This document shows, piece by piece, positions 28,501 to 43,500 of a DNA stretch of 64,000 nucleotides. The stretch lies in the NCBI GenBank assembly GCA_964016885.1, contig OZ024758.1:6944001-7008000 (forward strand), read 5' to 3'. Position numbers and translations under genes: made by a program. The first letter of the stretch is position 1; every line of letters starts with the position of its first letter. The notes under the pieces were generated by a model, which was not told the origin of the DNA, did not search any database, and saw only the letters and a list, made by a program, of their open reading frames with translations. This DNA is from Eledone cirrhosa (Eukaryota).

Positions 28501-31500
28501 TTGGCTTCTATATTCCATCAAAACAATGAGTTGATAAGCTGCCTTAGTTTATTAACAGGGTTTGGAATTTTGTCCATTTCTCAGACAAAATAGTGGGGTT
28601 GGCTTATATTCTACTATATATATTGGTAAGCTTGGGGCAGACTAAATTTTTGAGCTTAAATTGTGATTTTCAATTCAGTTATTGATACAGTTTAAGTTCT
28701 TACCATTTCTGATTTTATTGTTTCACAGATTGAGTCTCTCTTGCAAAGGAACCATAATCCACGGAAATTTTCTTCTGATCAAGGCTATCGTTTGCAACAA
28801 GGTTTTCTAATAAGTTCTACTCAACAGGTAAGCTGTGGGCCAGGTGCCAGATTTTATTTTGTCTATTATTATCTTTAGATGTGTGTGTAATGTAAATATG
28901 AGAGAAGGGCAGAGCTTGGATGAAGTGAGGGAGAAACTGGGTTAAGAGAAATCCAAAGTGGAATAACAATTTCTGTATGTTTTTTGAATGCCTCTAATTT
29001 TTTATGTTGAAATTACAATATTGTTGTGATATTTAATAAGATTAAATAGAAGAACATATAATCCATGTTAGCATGGAAGATAGACGTTAAACGATGATGA
29101 CGATGATGATTGCCAGGGACCTTATAAATATATACTCAAAGCAAAAAAAAAAAAATCATCATCAATTCTTGTTGTTTGTTCATATTTTTAATATCATTTA
29201 TAATCTTTTTTTCTGTGTTTTTGTAGATGGTAGATCGGTTAGTGGTGCAGGTTCAAGACACAGTTAATGCTTTATCCAGGACATCTACCTGTGGTAGCAG
29301 CAATCCAAACATTGAACTAGCCGGGAAATATGTTAACGATGCCAACAATTCTCAACAGGTATTTTTGGAGTTCTTTTAATTTAACTCTTAACATCCTGTA
29401 CCACACGAAACCACATTAGCATGACATTCTTGAAAAATATAAAACAACATATTGACTGCATCACATAAATTACAATCTTTAAACCATAAATTTTCCCGAT
29501 ATCTCCACTAGTAAAGGTACTATAAGGTTGGTGAATTGGCAGAGTTGTTAGAACATCGGATAGAATACTTTGTGGTATTTATTTCGACTCTCTGAGTTCA
29601 AATTCTGCCGAGGTCAACTTTGCCTTTCATCCTTTTGAGGTTGATAAAAAAAAGTACCAGTCAAGTACTGGGGTCAGTTTTTCCTCTATATCTCTTTCTC
29701 ACTTCCATTCTCTCACATTATATCCTTCTCTGGAAGAACTCTGCTGTATTCAGACCTGGAGAGGCTCCAGGGCTCCACTGGGTTTAAAATATCCTAGAAA
29801 CATTGTATGTCAATACAATACCCCCATATGACATCCTCGGGAGTTATGGGACTAAATAAAAAAAAAAAGATACTATAAACATAATGATGTAATAGTTCTT
29901 TTAACCCATTTAAAGCATTTAAACCGACTATATCTGGCCAGAATTGTTTCACCTCTTTCTGTTTAAACTTGCCATAACTGGCCACTTATACTGATGTTAA
30001 GGTATTGTTCTCAAAATAAATATCAAAATCTCGTAGATTCAATATTTTGCGAGATAATTATGTAAGGTAAAGTGTTTACCGTGAAAATACAATAGTATAT
30101 ATAGAGAGTAATGTAAATATTATGTGAGATAATTATGTAAGGTAAAGTGTTTACCATGAAAATACAATAGTATATATATATAGAGTAATGTAAATGCTAA
30201 AGGGTTATTGATTCTATTAATAGTGGTTTTGACGAGGATGAAAATAGTAACTATGATGTATTATATAACTGTACTAGCATTGAAACATTAATCCAGTGAT
30301 ATATTTAAACTGATTTGATTTCATTGTTTGTCATATTCAGATTTTGTCTTTTCTCTTTCTCTTTAGCTTCTGCCACAATTACAGAAGATTGCTATTAAAT
30401 CTCAAGATATTGGCAATCCTGTAGAGAAGAAACTGAAAAGTATTGCTTTAGAACTTCAAGATGTTCTAGCTTCCCACATTGAGGTAAAGACTTGAGTATT
30501 ATTATTTCTTCTCTTCCAAATAATATTTCTCTTGAATCGATATAAAGTTGTTTATTGAGAAACTTTACATATATGGATAATGTATAATAACCATACCAAC
30601 ATTTGTCCATCATCTGTGTTAACTGGACATCTGTCTATCATCTGTGTTAACTGGACATCTGTCTATCATCTGTGTTAACTGGACATCTGTCTATCATCTG
30701 TGTTAACTGGACATCTGTCTATCATCTGTGTTAACTGGACATCTGTCTATCATCTGTGTTAACTGGACATCTGTCTATCATCTGTGTTAACTGGACATGT
30801 CTATCATCTGTGTTAACTGGACATCTGTCTATCATCTGTGTTAACTGGACATCTGTCTATCATCTGTGTTAACTGGACATCTGTCTATCATCTGTGTTAA
30901 CTGGACATCTGTCTATCATCTGTGTTAACTGGACATCTGTCTATCATCTGTCTTAACTGGACATCTGTCTATCATGTGTTAACTGGACATCTGTCTATCA
31001 TCTGTCTTAACTGGACATCTGTCTATCATCTGTCTTAACTGGACATCTGTCTATCATCTGTCTTAACTGGACATCTGTCTATCATGTGTTAACTGGACAT
31101 CTGTCTATCATGTGTTAACTGGACATCTGTCTATCATCTGTGTTAACTGGACATCTGTCTATCATCTGTGTTAACTGGACATCTGTCAGTCATCCGTGTC
31201 GACTGATCATCTGTCAGTCATCTATGTCAACTGGAGATCTGTCAATCATGTGTCAACTGGACATCTGTACTAACATGGTATAATTTTGTTCAAAAGAAAA
31301 ATAAAACACTTGGAACATCACAATTCATTCCCATTAATTTCTGAATAGATAATATAAATGACCAATAGAACAGCCCCCCCCCCCCCCCTTCCCCCCAAGC
31401 AAAAGAAACAACCTCAGTTATCGATTTTTAAGATGTGCTGTATATACATGATGTATATAGGCAATGATGTTACACTTGTTGTCATGGAGTCACAAGTTAT

Positions 31501-33229
31501 CAAAGGACTGCTTCATGTCTATATAGATAAAAAGAATATAGAATAAATTGAGGGAGACATTGGTTTATTAATTACTGTATATGCCTGAATATACACTGAT
31601 ATAAATATAAGCCGACCCCACTATTTCATGTCTGAGAAATGGGCAAAAATCCCAACTTTATTTACATAGAATATGAAGCTGGTGAAAATCGTCAAAATAT
31701 TTAACCTGAATATAAGTCGACCCTCCCTTTTCTTCTACCATCGTTTTTTTTTGGTCACATATTCCTTATCATTGTTTAATGTCCACTTTCCACACTAGCA
31801 TGGGTTAGATGGGTTGTCCCATTTGAGGCAAGTTGGGTCAGGTGACCATGTCTTGCTCATATAGGACTGTTTCTGTCTAGATTTCTACAGCTGGATGCCA
31901 ACCACATTTACAGTATATACATGCTAGCATGGAAAATGGATGTTAAACGATGATGATAATATATTTAGTAACAAATTGAAAAACTTCAATTCTTTCCTTA
32001 TTTTTCTATAATTCAGAATACTGTCCAAGAAATGTTGAATTGTGCCAAAACGGAGTGCTCTACAGTTCTTCAAAATGAAGTAAGCGATATTTCATACAAG
32101 TTTGATAGACATTGGATGTTGGAGAAGAAAATATGTTTATATGTTAAAAGCAATGAACAAATATTTCCTCTGTTAAAATCCTTTGAAATTTCATTTAGTT
32201 TCTTTTTAAATATCTTTTGGTATTTACCGTATTCTTCCGTGTATTCTGCGCAGTTTTCACTTTTTTCCTTGTTTGTTTTGGGAGTGAATGGTAGACACCA
32301 TAACTTTTTGTCTTTCATTATGTGTATCATGACTCGTGCACTGTTCATTTTCCTGATGTTTGTACATTACCCTATGTACTATACATACACTTTTTGATGA
32401 GTTGTAGTGCACCTGAGCACTGTACACAATATTTCATTATTATTATTAATTTCTTCATTTTATTGAACTTATGACATTTAACCCTTTAGCGTTTAAACTG
32501 GCTGTAACCGGCCAGAAATTCTCACCTCTTTTTGTTTAAACCGGCCGTAACTGGTCAATAATACTGATGTTAAGGTATTGTTCTCAAAATAAATAATATC
32601 AAGATCTCGTAAATTTGATATTATGTGAGGTAAAGCCTTTACCATGAAAATACAATAGTATATATAGAATAATATAAATGCTGAATGGTTAAACATTTAT
32701 ACTCTGCTTCGTATTGAGCACCTTACTTACTGTGGTTACCACTGATTGAACTTATATATATATATATATATATATACACCCACACACATACAGAGAGAGA
32801 GATGAATACAACTTGAAATCAAAGGGTTACATATATACAATGCAATAACTTCAATTAATTTACACTTTCAGGGATTCTACTCTGATCTCGAAAGCAGCAT
32901 TAGAGAAAAGCAGAAATTGCCAAATGATTTGGTGTTGCAAGCTCTGACTGATGTTAGTACCGATATATTTAATAAGCTCAGGTTAGTATTACTACTACTA
33001 TTATTATGTACATGTATTGCTATGTGATGATTGAACAATTATTCTATATCTATGATATCATTACTTTTTCTTTGATGCTTATTTGAGTAAAGCAATTTTA
33101 GCTCATCCTTAATATATAGAAAAATTAGAAAAAAACTCATAAAGGTAGATTGTATGAAGCATGTGTATTGAATATGGTACTGCATTGTTGTAAGACATGG
33201 ACATTGAATGTAGAAGATCTGTAGAAGTC

Positions 33230-33263
<34 letters not shown>

Positions 33264-33936
33264 TACTGCATTGTAAGACATGGACATTGAATATAGAAGA
33301 TCTGTAGAAGTCAGAGAGATATATATGGTACTGCATTGTAAGACATGGACATTGAATATAGAAGATCTGTAGAAGTCAGAGAGATATAAAGCAAGTATAA
33401 TTTGTTGGCTGTGTAATATTATAATATTAACCTGCATGAGAGGCAGTTTAAGTGAACTGAGAAAGCAGCTAGACATTTATGTTGGCCACATACAACTACT
33501 ATGATGGTTTTGGGCTTCTACCAACCCCATGCAGGGAATACCAAGAGGACATTTACATTTGTCATACACATATAGATGTGTAATAGTCTTGTTGGGGAAT
33601 TTAGGTAAAAACAGTTGTTGATACCATCTCAACTTTACAATGTCAATAACTCACATGAGTTGGTCTGCATTCATTAAAGGAGGGGCACTCTATATTCTAC
33701 CTTAACTTGTGTGTTCTCCACTCAGAGCAATACTAGAGAGCACTAGGTCAGAGGCCAGGTGCACAATGCAAGGCTCTTCCTCAAAATAAAAAAAAGAATA
33801 GTATTGGTGTTCCCACTGTAAAAAATTCTTGTGTATTAGCACCAGAGATAATAGCTGTGTAAAAATGTGGCATATAATAAATGCAGTAATGGGAATGAAG
33901 AGAGAAGACAATGAGATGCTTAATTACAAATAAGTT

Positions 33937-33976
<40 letters not shown>

Positions 33977-33994
33977 GATTTTTCTATCGATATA

Positions 33995-34061
<67 letters not shown>

Positions 34062-37000
34062 GTATATATACATACACACATGTATTTATATAACAAGTAT
34101 ATCGATGGAAAATTCAACTTCTATCATTAAAAAAAATACATATTTAGTTCTTATGACATGTTTCAAAGGAGTTTTACATCCAATAATCTGTACCCATATA
34201 TAGGAATAGATATATAGCCACAATTGTACACTTTCTCTTTGGAGGAGAGATAATAATTTCAAAATGAGTCAGAGGGGAATACCAATTTTAACTGAGGCAG
34301 GAATGAATCTACGACATACATCATTTGTACGGTGTAAATATTAAAAATTTAATAGTTTTTCTCTGTCGTTCCCAGGTCAATATTTTAATAACTTTAAAAA
34401 GATAAAAAATGAATTAAAAAGTTTTTTTGAATAAATTTTTAAAATTTATTTTTATCTTTGAAGTTAGTAAAATATTTCAGCTGATAGAAGCCAAGAAGTA
34501 GGTGGTGGTGTTAAATCTGATGATGGATTTAGTCTTGTTAACTATACTTGTTGACTTTTATGTTGGCCAACTACAACTGTTGGTTATAGATTGTTTCATA
34601 AAATACAGCTGTTTACTGTAGGACAACATAAAATATAGCTGTTTACTGTAGGACAACATAAAATACAGCTGTTTACTGTAGGACAACATAAAATACAGCT
34701 GTTTATTGTAGGACAACATAAAATACAGCTGTTTATTGTAGGACAACATAAAATACAGCTGTTTACTGTAGGACAACATAAAATACAGCTGTTTACTGTA
34801 GGACAACATAAAATACAGCTGTTTACTGTAGGACAACATAAAATACAGCTGTTTACTGTAGGACAGAAACCATCCTTATGTCCCCACAACTGATACAGCC
34901 AGTCGTTGGGGTGCCACTCTAGATGTACCACTGGTGCAGCCAGTTGTTGGGTTGCCACTCAAGATGCTTTTGCAGTCAATCATTGCCACTGGTCTCTATT
35001 CTCCGTCATACATAGAAGGGTGTCGGTGTTGTGACCAGTCCAGTCTTTGATGCTGTTGAACCAGTATGTCTGCCTCTTCTCCTCCCTCGACTGTGCCCTG
35101 AAATATGGATTTGGATAAGGATTTGTGGTGGGATACATGACCCTACCAGGCAAGCTTGTCTTTTCATCATCGCAAGGAGTTTTTTTCCTGTCTGCCAGCT
35201 TATGTTAACTTGCTGCCTGACAAAGCTGTTTGTTTTGTGCTCTGTGTATGGGATGCGTAGACACCTTCTGAAGCACTTGTACTCAAATGACTCGATTCTT
35301 TGTATCCATATCAACTGTAAAAGGACTTGTATAGTTTGAGCTTCATTGGAAAACTGATGGAGTTGCTATCCATTTGACATTCAGCTATCCATTTTCTGTT
35401 GTTTGGTTAAAAAATACTTGAAAAACATTTCTCTAGTTAATAATACTCTGTTAATCATGTAATTTTTTAATTATTTCAATTCCTCTCTCCTTTCTTAGTG
35501 AGATGAATCTTTTGATTGCTTCCCATATGTCAGACCGAGTCCTGGAAGAAGTTATTGAGTCTTTATCGAAGAGCCATAAACAATTGGTCAGTTATAAATA
35601 ATGTTTTTGTTTTCTTTCATTATGAGTGTCTTTTACTTAAGTGTTCAATTGAAATTAATGCCATTTTTTTTTAGATGTGTTTACTAATTGTTATTTATTA
35701 ATGACACTTTTGTATATTGAAGGTTTTAAAAAAACAAAACCTAAGCACTGCAAGTTAATTCAGCACATTGATCTTGCTGCTTCTAAAACTGAGTTATACT
35801 GCCTCCCTATAGATATTCATCTTTACAGTTCAGTAAATTGAGCCACTGACAGTTAATAATCTTAGCTTGAAACTTAGTTAAAATGAAAATGAACAGTGAA
35901 AATATTTCAGAATGGTGCCAATAGATATTTTCTAAAGAAAAAAAAAAATTAAAAATGACTCTCCACGCTATAAATTATAGTTATTGTTGTTGTTATTAAG
36001 GCAGTAGACTGGCAGAGTTATTAGTGTCAGACAAAATTCTTTGCAATCTATGTTCTAGTTCTGTATGATCTAAGTTCAAATCCCACCATGGTCAACTTGA
36101 CCTTTCATTGGGCGGTGGATTGGCAGTATCGGTAGAGGGTCGGACGCCATGCTTTCTAGCATAGTTACGTCCTTTTATGATCTGTAAAGTACCAGTAATA
36201 CACTGGGATAATTGCTGGCCTTGTGCCAAAAGTAGAAACAATTATTATTATTTTTCATTATAACGAGACTGAAAGTTGAAATAGGTTCCTTATTTCTCTG
36301 CTGTTGCAACTTTTGTTTTCTTATTCAGAATTGTTACAATTGAAACTAACACAACTAATTGTTCTCTGCTTCAAGTAGCTGCTTGTTTCATCTTTCTTTG
36401 GTTCTTCCAATATATGAAAAAAAAAGAACCCATTCCTTCACTTTAAAAAAAAAAATTTTCCAATACAATTGTGAACTATAGTCTCATTAATAAACTTTCA
36501 TCATCCATTGTTTTTGAGTTATCCCCCTTAAAATCTGAACACTACTTCTAATAGGATAGATGGCACTGGAGTAGAGATTTTACTATTGTTCTCCCAATAT
36601 AAAAAATGCCCCACCATCAGCTTTAAAAAACAAATTATTAAATGCAGTTGTGGTATATATCCTCAAGTAAATCATTTAATTACACATTGTGAGTATTCCC
36701 CCTTACTATCTGAGCACTAGATGGCACTGGAGTAGAGATATGTTTATTGAGACAAATTTAATCTTTTTTTCATAGCTTTTTTTTCCATTTATATTAGTCA
36801 TGTTGGGCTATAAACCAAGGGATTTCATATGATCTGTCCATGATGACCCTACCATCACTCTTCTGTACTGCTAGTCATCTCTTCAGTCTCTCTTGCCATT
36901 ACCTACCTATATATATCTCTTTCTCTCTCTCTCTCTTACTAACTCTCTCTCTCTCTTTCTAACTCTCTCTCTCTCTTTCTAACTCTCTTTCTCTCGCTCT

Positions 37001-37891
37001 AACTCTCTTTCTCTCGCTCTAACTCTCTTTCTCTCGCTCTAACTCTCTTTCTCTCGCTCTAACTCTTTCTCTCGCTCGCGCTCTCTCTCTCTCTCTCTCT
37101 CAGATCCATTTTTCACACTAGTATGGGTTATATATTTATGTAATAAACTACACAATACAATTATTCCATTTACCAAAGGTTTCGCCAAGACAGGCGAGCT
37201 CAACAGAGACGCCTGAAATCGTTCATCAGAATGAAAATTTTAATATGGATGTAAGATATGAAATTAAAAACAAAGGCTATTACAATTGAAAGCAAGGCTG
37301 AAATAAATGAGCAAATATAAAATGAAAAATAAAATGACAGGAAAAATATATATACACTGAAACAGAACGTAAGATTAGGGGTAAAAAAAAAAAAAAAATA
37401 CATATATACTTATGTAGAGACTCTTCCTTCCTTTACCCTTTCTACGAAAATATTTCATATATATATATATATATGTGTGTGTGTGATGTAGTTTGGTAAA
37501 GAATGTCTCGAAGATCTGGAACTTGTCTCGGTGAAAATTGGAAGCAGACAGCCCAAGAAACAACTGTTCCTAAGTGACACTATAATTTGTTATATATTCT
37601 GGCTTGATTTCTACAGCTGGATGCCCTTCCTAACACCAACCTCATTTACAGTGAGTGCTGGGTGCTTTTTTGCAGTGGAATGATAGGGACCCCAGATACA
37701 CACACACACTGGTTTATTGAGACTAATCTCCTCATCTTGGCTGTTATAGTCACATTTTAGCGACTGTATTCTCTATCTTTAACTCATTCACTAATTGACC
37801 TATTCACTAATGTTTTGGGAATCTTAAACTGAACTTTTTATTCCCACCACATAGATTATACTGATTTAAATATTTTTGAGGTCATACCTGA

Positions 37892-37923
<32 letters not shown>

Positions 37924-38072
37924 ATATATATATTAAAATAACAGATTAAAGTTTAAGCAAAGATTCGCTGCTTTCACCCTTAATGGGATCTTCTGAAACT
38001 GAGTTTCAGAAGATCCCATTAAGGGTGAAAGCAGCGATTCTTTATTTTAATAAATTTTGTTCTATGGTTTTA

Positions 38073-38104
<32 letters not shown>

Positions 38105-40532
38105 TATCCTTATTGAGCCATCTTCGGATTTTAGTCTTCATATTTATTATTATTACTATATATATATATAGTATCATCTTCAGACCTTCCTCGTGCTGCG
38201 CAATCTTTGCTGATCCTGCGTCATTTGTGACCAAAATGTTTCAATTTTCTCAAGATCATCTTGCAGCCTGATCTGGCAGTCTTTCTTGTGTGACGTGACG
38301 TGGTCCATCTATTGACCATCATTCTGGCAATGTGTCCTACCGTCTTCTGTTTTGCTTTCTAGGATATCGTGAACTTTAGTTTTTCCTCCGATCCGTTCAG
38401 TGGTTTATCAATCTCATCATGTGATGTTTAATATGATCCTCTTGTGGTCTCTTAGCATTGTACACAGTGTTCTGATAACCATCACATTTGTTATTCTACC
38501 TAATAAACTTTGTAATGTTCATGACAAAATCATCTGGAATACTTATGTATTTATTTTCATATCTCAATTTACTGATATTGTACTTTGGGAGGGTCATACT
38601 GCCAATAAAAACACATGCACCTGTTGGTTTTACTTCAATTTATTACAAATTTCCAGTTGGTTGGTTTAATAACCGGATGGTTGTTTATTTGTTTATTATC
38701 ATGACCATGCCAAAGTATAACAATATCTGTTTCAAGACACGTTTTCAGATAAGAAATCTTGCAAAAGAATTACTAAAACGCAATTTACTGATAGTTTTAC
38801 ATTTTTAAAAATGTTTCTTTTTGGTTTTGTTATATTTTATTTATTTTCATAAATAAATTAACTACTCACTTACATCATCATTATCGTGATCATTATTATA
38901 AACTTAGCTATCAGATCTTCTTGCTCTCAGTCCTTGCGTCATAATGTAAACTTTCCATAGTCATTCATTTTTTTTTTTTTTTCCACTTATCACCTTTACA
39001 TACAGAGCAATAAACTCGTGTTTAAAAAGAGGCCCTACTACAGCGGATTACATACGGAAGGCGAGACTGTAGAGAAGGGGGATGCAGATGATGCAGCACT
39101 TGGAAAGATATCTGAAAAACCTTCAACAGATGAGAATGAAGTGAATTCACCAACTTTAAAGTGTTCTTCTAGTGTGAGTAGCTCAATATCTCCTTAAAAG
39201 AAGGATCTCAACTTCTTTTTTATGCAGGAAATGTTCAAGTAGATAGAGATACTGTTACAGAAATCAAGATGGTGAGCCAAAGGTAGTAACCCTCATTAGT
39301 GACCCTTATTTTATGATACAATAAGTTCTCAGGGAACCAAATTTATGGCCCAGTTTCAAATTTTTAGTTGGAACTACTTCATCCACATTTCCAGGACTTT
39401 CAATTCAAGAGTTAATGATAAAATAATGAGTGTCGTGAATTAAGTGTAAAAATTCTTAGCAAGTTTGGTCTGCAACCCAGTTTCAAATCTGTTGCAAGCA
39501 CTTTCATTTCATTATAAAAAAGATCCCCGTAGGAAAGCATGAACATCACAAACTCCTGTTTCTTCTCGTTACTATCATTTCATCATTACAACTCCTCTGT
39601 TATTCTGTTTGGTGCATGGAAATATTTTTGCATGAATCTAAAATAATTTGCATTGATTTTAACTCTCACTTTTCCCCTTATTTGTTTAGTGTGGTTACTG
39701 TTTGATTTAATCCTTTTCTTACTGTATTTCTAATGAGTGACACTACCTATAATCTTTATTTTGAAAATTATCAAGAATTTGGAGGGATTTAGTAAAATAA
39801 CTAATTTTCTCGTTATTAATCCGGTGTTTGAAACATAATTAAACAAAAGTTCTTACATAAAATTATGATGGAATTATTTTAAATAAAAATGAGGATCAGC
39901 TGAAAAGTTCTTAGGCTGACCAAGATATTCTCATGGAATGACCAAATGAGGTTTAATTTTCAATACAGTCCCTGGAAAGAAACAATGCAGTTATTAATAA
40001 GCATGTATGCAAGATTTCGCTGTACTAGCATCACTCCTTCATAGTTAACCTATAAATTTTTCAGTCGACCCTCGTATATACACTTAACCCTTTAGCATTT
40101 AAACTGGCTATATCCAGCCAGAATTCTCTCGTGTCTTTCATATGGTCGTTCATAATGATGTTGTAGTATTGTCCTCAAAATAAATCGCATCAAAATCTCA
40201 TAGATTCAATATTATGTGAGATAATTATGTAAGATAAAGTCTTTACCACAAAGATACAATAGTATATATAGAGTATATGTAAATGCTAGTGGGTTAAAAT
40301 AGAGAAGCTGGTGCAGTTGCATGCAGCTTGGTATTCAAAGGGTTTATTATGAAAGCACTGTGCTTAATGTTATTTGTACAAACAAATAATTAAATAGAAT
40401 CGTAGCTGATGTTTCACTTTGGATTTTAAGTGGTGAGAATATATACATATATATATATATACATATATATATATACTTTCCATATACTGTACCGATTGTG
40501 TTGTTATTTCTGTTTACCTTTTACATACACAC

Positions 40533-40563
<31 letters not shown>

Positions 40564-43500
40564 TAAAGGAGGTGCTGAAGTGCAGAGATGCTATAAAGAT
40601 ATCTTATAAAATAGTGTAAAGACCCTTACAAGATGGAAAAAGAAGTTGCCATCTGCCTCATAGTAGCCAATGGCAACTTCCATTTTTCAAGGATCTTCGC
40701 CCTATTTTATAAGTTATCTTTATAGCATCTAACCACTTGACCACATCCTGTATAATAATGTGTTTGTTTATACTGCATCTCTTTTCAACAATTACTATAT
40801 ATACTCAAATATAAGCCGAGGAACATGTGATTGCCCACCAAAAACAATCGATGGTAAAATATGGTGGGGTTGGCTTATAAATGCCGATCTGAATACAAAC
40901 TGATCAGAATAACAGCCGACCCCCACCCCCCATATATTATGTCTGAGAAGTGGGCAAAACTCCAAACCCCATTTATAAACTGAAGCAGCTAATCAACACA
41001 TGTATTCAGATCGGCTTATGTTTATATGCCAACACAGGAGCAAGAATGACAGTTATTCTACTGACATGGCTTTAAAGAGGCTGTTTGCATAATTGCAAAC
41101 GAATCGACTATTATTATTAATATCTGAAAAACTCAGATTACATTTATTGTATTCAGTCATATAGAGCGATAAACTATTTGTTAATTATTGGTTTATATTC
41201 AGATCGACTTATATTTGAGTATATACAGTAATATGGCTTCACAACTTTGGCATGTTGTTTGTTTTCTTCCTCCTTTTGAATCATTTAAAATTTAACTGTT
41301 TTATACCTTTCTTGAATCACTGAGCAAAAAAAAAAAAAGAAAAAAAACCCCAACTGAACCTGTGTTGTTTGTCCCCTTTTTTGTTGCATGTAGTATAGAC
41401 CAATTGAAATGCTTCAGGATTTAAGTGATTTGGACGTAAGTATCCTCATCTCTCTCTTTTGCTTACTCCTTCTCACTCATTTGCTTTCTTTCTTTTTTAT
41501 CCTTTTACTTCTCTTTTCCAGTCTTATTTCTTCTAAAACCTTTGCTGTCTCTCTTATGACTTGCTACAGAATTGGATCTCTTTTACTTTTATATAATTAT
41601 TTCTGCTTTTTAATCTTTTTTAATATTGACTTGTTTATATTTTGTAAATATTTAAAGGTCTTTTAAAACTTAGTCTGAATGAATATTTACAAGATTTGAA
41701 TTAGTGTGTGAAAGTGGGACAGCTTTCTATTTGTAGAAATCTGGGAGTGTAAAACTAGATCTCACCTGTGAGGAAAGGTTATAGGTAAAACTGCTTTGCT
41801 TCTGACTAATCTATATTATTAGATTGGCAGTATCGGTAGAGGGTCGGGTGCCATGCTTTGAAGCATAGTTACTTCCCTTTATGATCTGAGTTCAAATCCC
41901 ACCGAGGTTAACTTTGCCTTTCATACTTACGGGGTCGATAAAATAAAGTACCAGTAATACACTGGGATAATTGCTGGCCTTGTGCCAAAAGTAGAAACAA
42001 TTATAATAAGAGCATTGTTTATCTATCTGTTTGTCTGTCTGTTAGTCTATCAGTCACATTCACTTTATATAGAGAAGGGGAGCATCAAGTGAGAGATATT
42101 TACATAAATAGAGAAAAGGGAATGCTGTGTTTTCAAGGTGTCAGAAATAGGTAGATAGACAGAAAGATATGACGTTGCCCTCATCTCTATAGAGATAGGG
42201 GGAGCTACAAGTGAAAGAGATGTACATAGAGAGAGAAAAGGAACATCGTTTGTTTACAGAAAGAGAGTGACAGAATGAGGGAGAAATGTCACTCTCATCA
42301 AGTAGATATAAAAACATAACTTCATAATGAAGGTTAAGATCTGAGATGTCATTGATCAGATTGAAAAACAAACTGATCTTAAAAGAAAAAAATAGATTTA
42401 GGGAAGAAAGAATCATAACACTGTCACCAATCCAATCCAATCCAGGGCCTTCTGTTCTAGGAACCCCTCCATGGTTGACCCCTACTGTTTAGTTTTGATC
42501 ACGTCTTCAGGAGTGGAGCCGTACTTACCCCACTTGGTCAATTGCGGTCTGGTGAGGTTATTGAACCCATAGTAGGGGTGGATGGCCGTTGACTCTATTG
42601 AACCCATAGTTGGGGTGGATGGCCGTTGACTCTATTGAACCCATAGGGGTGGATGGCCGTTGACTCTATTGAACCCATAGGGGTGGATGGCCGTTGACTC
42701 TGAGGAGTTCATCTTCCCCTTTTAACAGCTCTTGTATTTAAACTGCTGGGGTTTCACTTACCCTCCTCACCAGACCAATAAAAATAGAACACCAAATTGC
42801 TATGATGTGCTTTGAAGGGATCATGCGATGATCATCAGTTTAATTAGATGACCTTGGTGTCATGAACACTGTCGTCGCAGATGATTGACTATTAATTCAA
42901 CAATGCGTTGGCACAACTGCTCCAGTTAGTGGAGAAATCTGTGATTATTTAGGTGTGGTGAGCTCCATATATTCTAGCTATTAGAAAAAGCAAGATGAAT
43001 GCTTTCACCTTTGAAAGAGAGATAACTGAAGAAGTTGAAGGGCTGGCTATGAGTAGGTGAGCTTTATACATTAACAATCTGATGATTAAAATAAGCTAAA
43101 ACCTGACTAGTTTAAAGAAAATCCAAAAGTTATCTAAAATGTTAAAATGTGCAAATGTTGACATTTCAGCTTAATATCTCTACATTTAAAAGAAATAACT
43201 GATAACCATGATATCTTAGTGAATTAGGGTAAATGCTTTGCTCAGTAACAAACTATCAATCGTATTTGACGGCTTATAAGACAAACCTCAATTTGGGCAG
43301 GCATTTAAAAAAATAATACATAAATGGGTTTGACCCTTTAGCATTTGAACCGGCTATATCAGGCTAGTGTTCTCTCGCCTCTTTCTGTTCAAACCAGCTA
43401 TAACTAGCTGTTCATACTGATGTTAAAGTATTGTTCTCAAAATAAATAATATAAAAATCTCAGATTTAATATTATGTGAGATAATTATGGGAAATAAATC

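Noticed and set aside
34150-34170. GAAACAUGUC hammerhead half-site on the minus strand
   Set aside because: No matching CUGANGA core found nearby.
30608-34865. 28-bp and 30-bp arrays of CRISPR-repeat size
   Set aside because: Head-to-tail units with no unique spacers, no cas genes, eukaryotic intron context.
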